A DNA stretch of 64,000 nucleotides from Balamuthia mandrillaris (Eukaryota), in assembly GCA_031835245.2 (NCBI GenBank), contig JAVKOQ020000001.1, positions 310,001-374,000 of the forward strand, written 5' to 3'. Positions 61,925 to 64,000 of this stretch are shown here, piece after piece. Both the position numbers and the translations under genes were made by a program. The notes under the pieces were generated by a model. That model was not told where the DNA came from. It was given only the letters and a program-made list of their open reading frames with translations, and ran no database searches. Each line of letters opens with the position of its first letter. Within the stretch, counting starts at the first letter, position 1.

Positions 61925-64000
61925 ATGGAACTAGAACTAGCACGACCCTATCAAGAACGAGCCTCTTGTCTGTTCATCTCATCCTCTGATGACGGCTCGT
62001 TCTCTCCGTTAGGCGATGGACCAACAGAAGCTCCGATGATTGAAGAATTAAAGAACGAGAGCAACAACTACAACGACAATAGCTGCTGCAACATTGGAAC
62101 AAACAACAGTAACAATCATGCCGCTGCAGAGGATCTCTTGCCTCTGTGCTCACTCGCCATTAGTAACAACAATCATCACCGATCCATTAGCGATAATTCT
62201 ACCCCGTCTTTTGCTTCTTCTCCTTGTTCCTCATCTCCGTCGCCCTCATCTTCTACTGGCTTGTCATCTTCTGACGAAGCTGGTTCGACGACTTGTGCTA
62301 GGCCAACTTTGTTGACGGAGGCTCACGTCAAGTCTATCGAAAAGGAGTTTGCTCGCATCAACGAGCTCTACCAGAAGAAAGTGGAGGAGGCCGAAAGCCT
62401 TGGCTTGTTTGCCTCCGCTACCACTCGAAAGAACTTCCGTAAGAATAGGTATCACAACATCCTGGCCCAAGAACACACCCGCGTAAAACTTCAGTCCTAT
62501 CGGTATGATATTTCTTATTCTCTTCGTTTTTCTTCCTCTTATTATCTGCTGCTTACTCTTGCGTTCATATTTTAGAAACTTTGGAATTGATTCAGACTAC
62601 ATCAATGCTAATTTTATCAATGGAGAGATACCCGGTTCGCAGCATGCCTACATATCCTGCCAAGCTCCTCTTCCCAACACCATGCTCCACTTTTGGTTGA
62701 TGGTATGGGAGAACAAGTGCGCCGTTATACTGATGCTTACCCGGCTGACCGAGAGGGAAAGACCCAAAGCGGATCTCTACTGGCCCGAGCTTGTTGGAGG
62801 CAGCTGTAGCTATGGCCCCTTTACAGTAACCTTTGACAAGTCCAAGCTCATCAATCCTTACCTTGAAATGCGAACCTTCACCTTGGAGCTGGACAACAGT
62901 CACTCTTCGTTTGAAGGAGAATTTGGAGGAGAAAAGATGAGAAGACAAATCGTACAGTTTCATTATACGGAGTGGCCTGACTTTGGCATTCCCAAAGACA
63001 CAACCACCATACGCCATCTCGTTCGGTTGATGGACCTTTATAAGCTGAAAGGGAAGCAGGCCGGATTAGATGGCCCTGTGGTTGCCCACTGCAGCGCTGG
63101 TGTTGGAAGAACGGGCACATTTATAGCAGTGCACGTTTGCCTGGAGAAAATGAAGTTCTATAACTCGTTGGACCAGATCAACATCCCTCAAACTGTGCTT
63201 TTGTTGCGTCAGAGTCGCAGCGGCATGGTTCAAACTCAGTACGTCTTTTCTTCATGGTCTGCTTTCTTTTTTTCGCAGATGCTAACTAACCGAAAAAAAT
63301 AAAATAGAGAACAATATCGTTTTATTTATGAGGCAGTGAAAGACGCGCGTGCAGAGCTTCAAGAGACAGCCCCCAAAGTATTCCCTTCCAAGAGATCTGT
63401 CGCCGCCACACCGAGCCACTCTACCGCTTCTGCTCTTCCAATAGTCTCCTCCGTCACTCCCTCGCCTTCTCCTTCTCCATCTTCTTCCTCGCCTTCTTCA
63501 TCCTTCTTTCCGTTGCTTTCCGTGTCGAACGCTTATTCGGGGGGTTCATCTTCTGCCTTTTTGCAGCAACAACAACAACTGCCCTCTACCTATTCAACTT
63601 CTGCTTCCTCGTCACAATCACTGATGAAGAAGAGATCTCAAGATGGACAACTTCGTTGTTCTTCCGATAAGGCCACTAGCACAGCTGTAACTGCCACCAC
63701 TGTACTCAACAACAATCCTCAACGGCCTTTCTTCTCGAGCTTATCCAAGTCTTATTCTTTCTTTCCACGCTCACAGCTTCCTGCTGCTTCTTCATTAGCA
63801 CCTCCTTCGTTTGAAATAACCGCCAACAACAACATTCGTGGAAATGGTTTCTTCTTACCGACTTCTCCTTCTTTTTCATCACCTTGTTCAGCTTCGTCCT
63901 CTGCATCACCATCAGTAGTCTCTTCTTTAACACCACCATCGTTTTGTCTATGGGGATCAGGACAAGATTCATCTCCTTCATCGTCTTGTTCTCTTTTTGC
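61925..64000 (+). CDS. Classical protein-tyrosine phosphatase with Ser-rich flanks; open at the right edge, alternative start at 61331
   Basis: KNRY, DYINANFI, YISCQAPL, FWLMVWE, WPDFGIP, HCSAGVGRTG, MVQTQEQYRFIY. Confidence 0.95.

Overview
Intron-rich, compact eukaryotic nuclear DNA, probably an amoebozoan of the Acanthamoeba/Balamuthia type (inferred from the Roco kinase, hybrid histidine kinase, Frizzled-like GPCR, classical PTP and CT-microsatellite introns; not verified). About 23 protein genes can be reconstructed across GT-AG introns: Frizzled/Smoothened-like GPCR (partial), GT61/EOGT-like transferase, class I PI3K, PEX2, a coiled-coil protein, a Roco LRR-Roc-COR-kinase-WD40 protein, a sugar-phosphate nucleotidyltransferase, Sec6, gankyrin, eIF2B-epsilon, a PPR protein, a C2HC zinc-finger protein, UNG, a Cys-motif ORF of possible viral origin, a membrane protein, a BSD protein, PP2C, a GT8-like transferase, an orphan, a hybrid His kinase, a PWI-like/HEAT protein, an RNF34/RFFL-like E3 ligase and a PTP (partial). 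A decayed patch at about 46.3-49 kb holds a frameshifted Crinkler/RHS-type NTPase and a PTAR1-like fragment. The most notable non-coding signals are: (1) a telomere-like 17-mer GGTTAGGGTTAGCGGTT found only in two divergent promoters, forming a roughly 100-bp modular array with a conserved hairpin block at 22.7-23.0 kb; (2) strong clustering of GTCGAC palindromes in most other 5' regions; (3) introns that are pyrimidine-rich near the 5' end and A/C-rich just before the AG. No tRNA, rRNA or CRISPR array was found. CDS coordinates are gene spans including introns, derived by eye.
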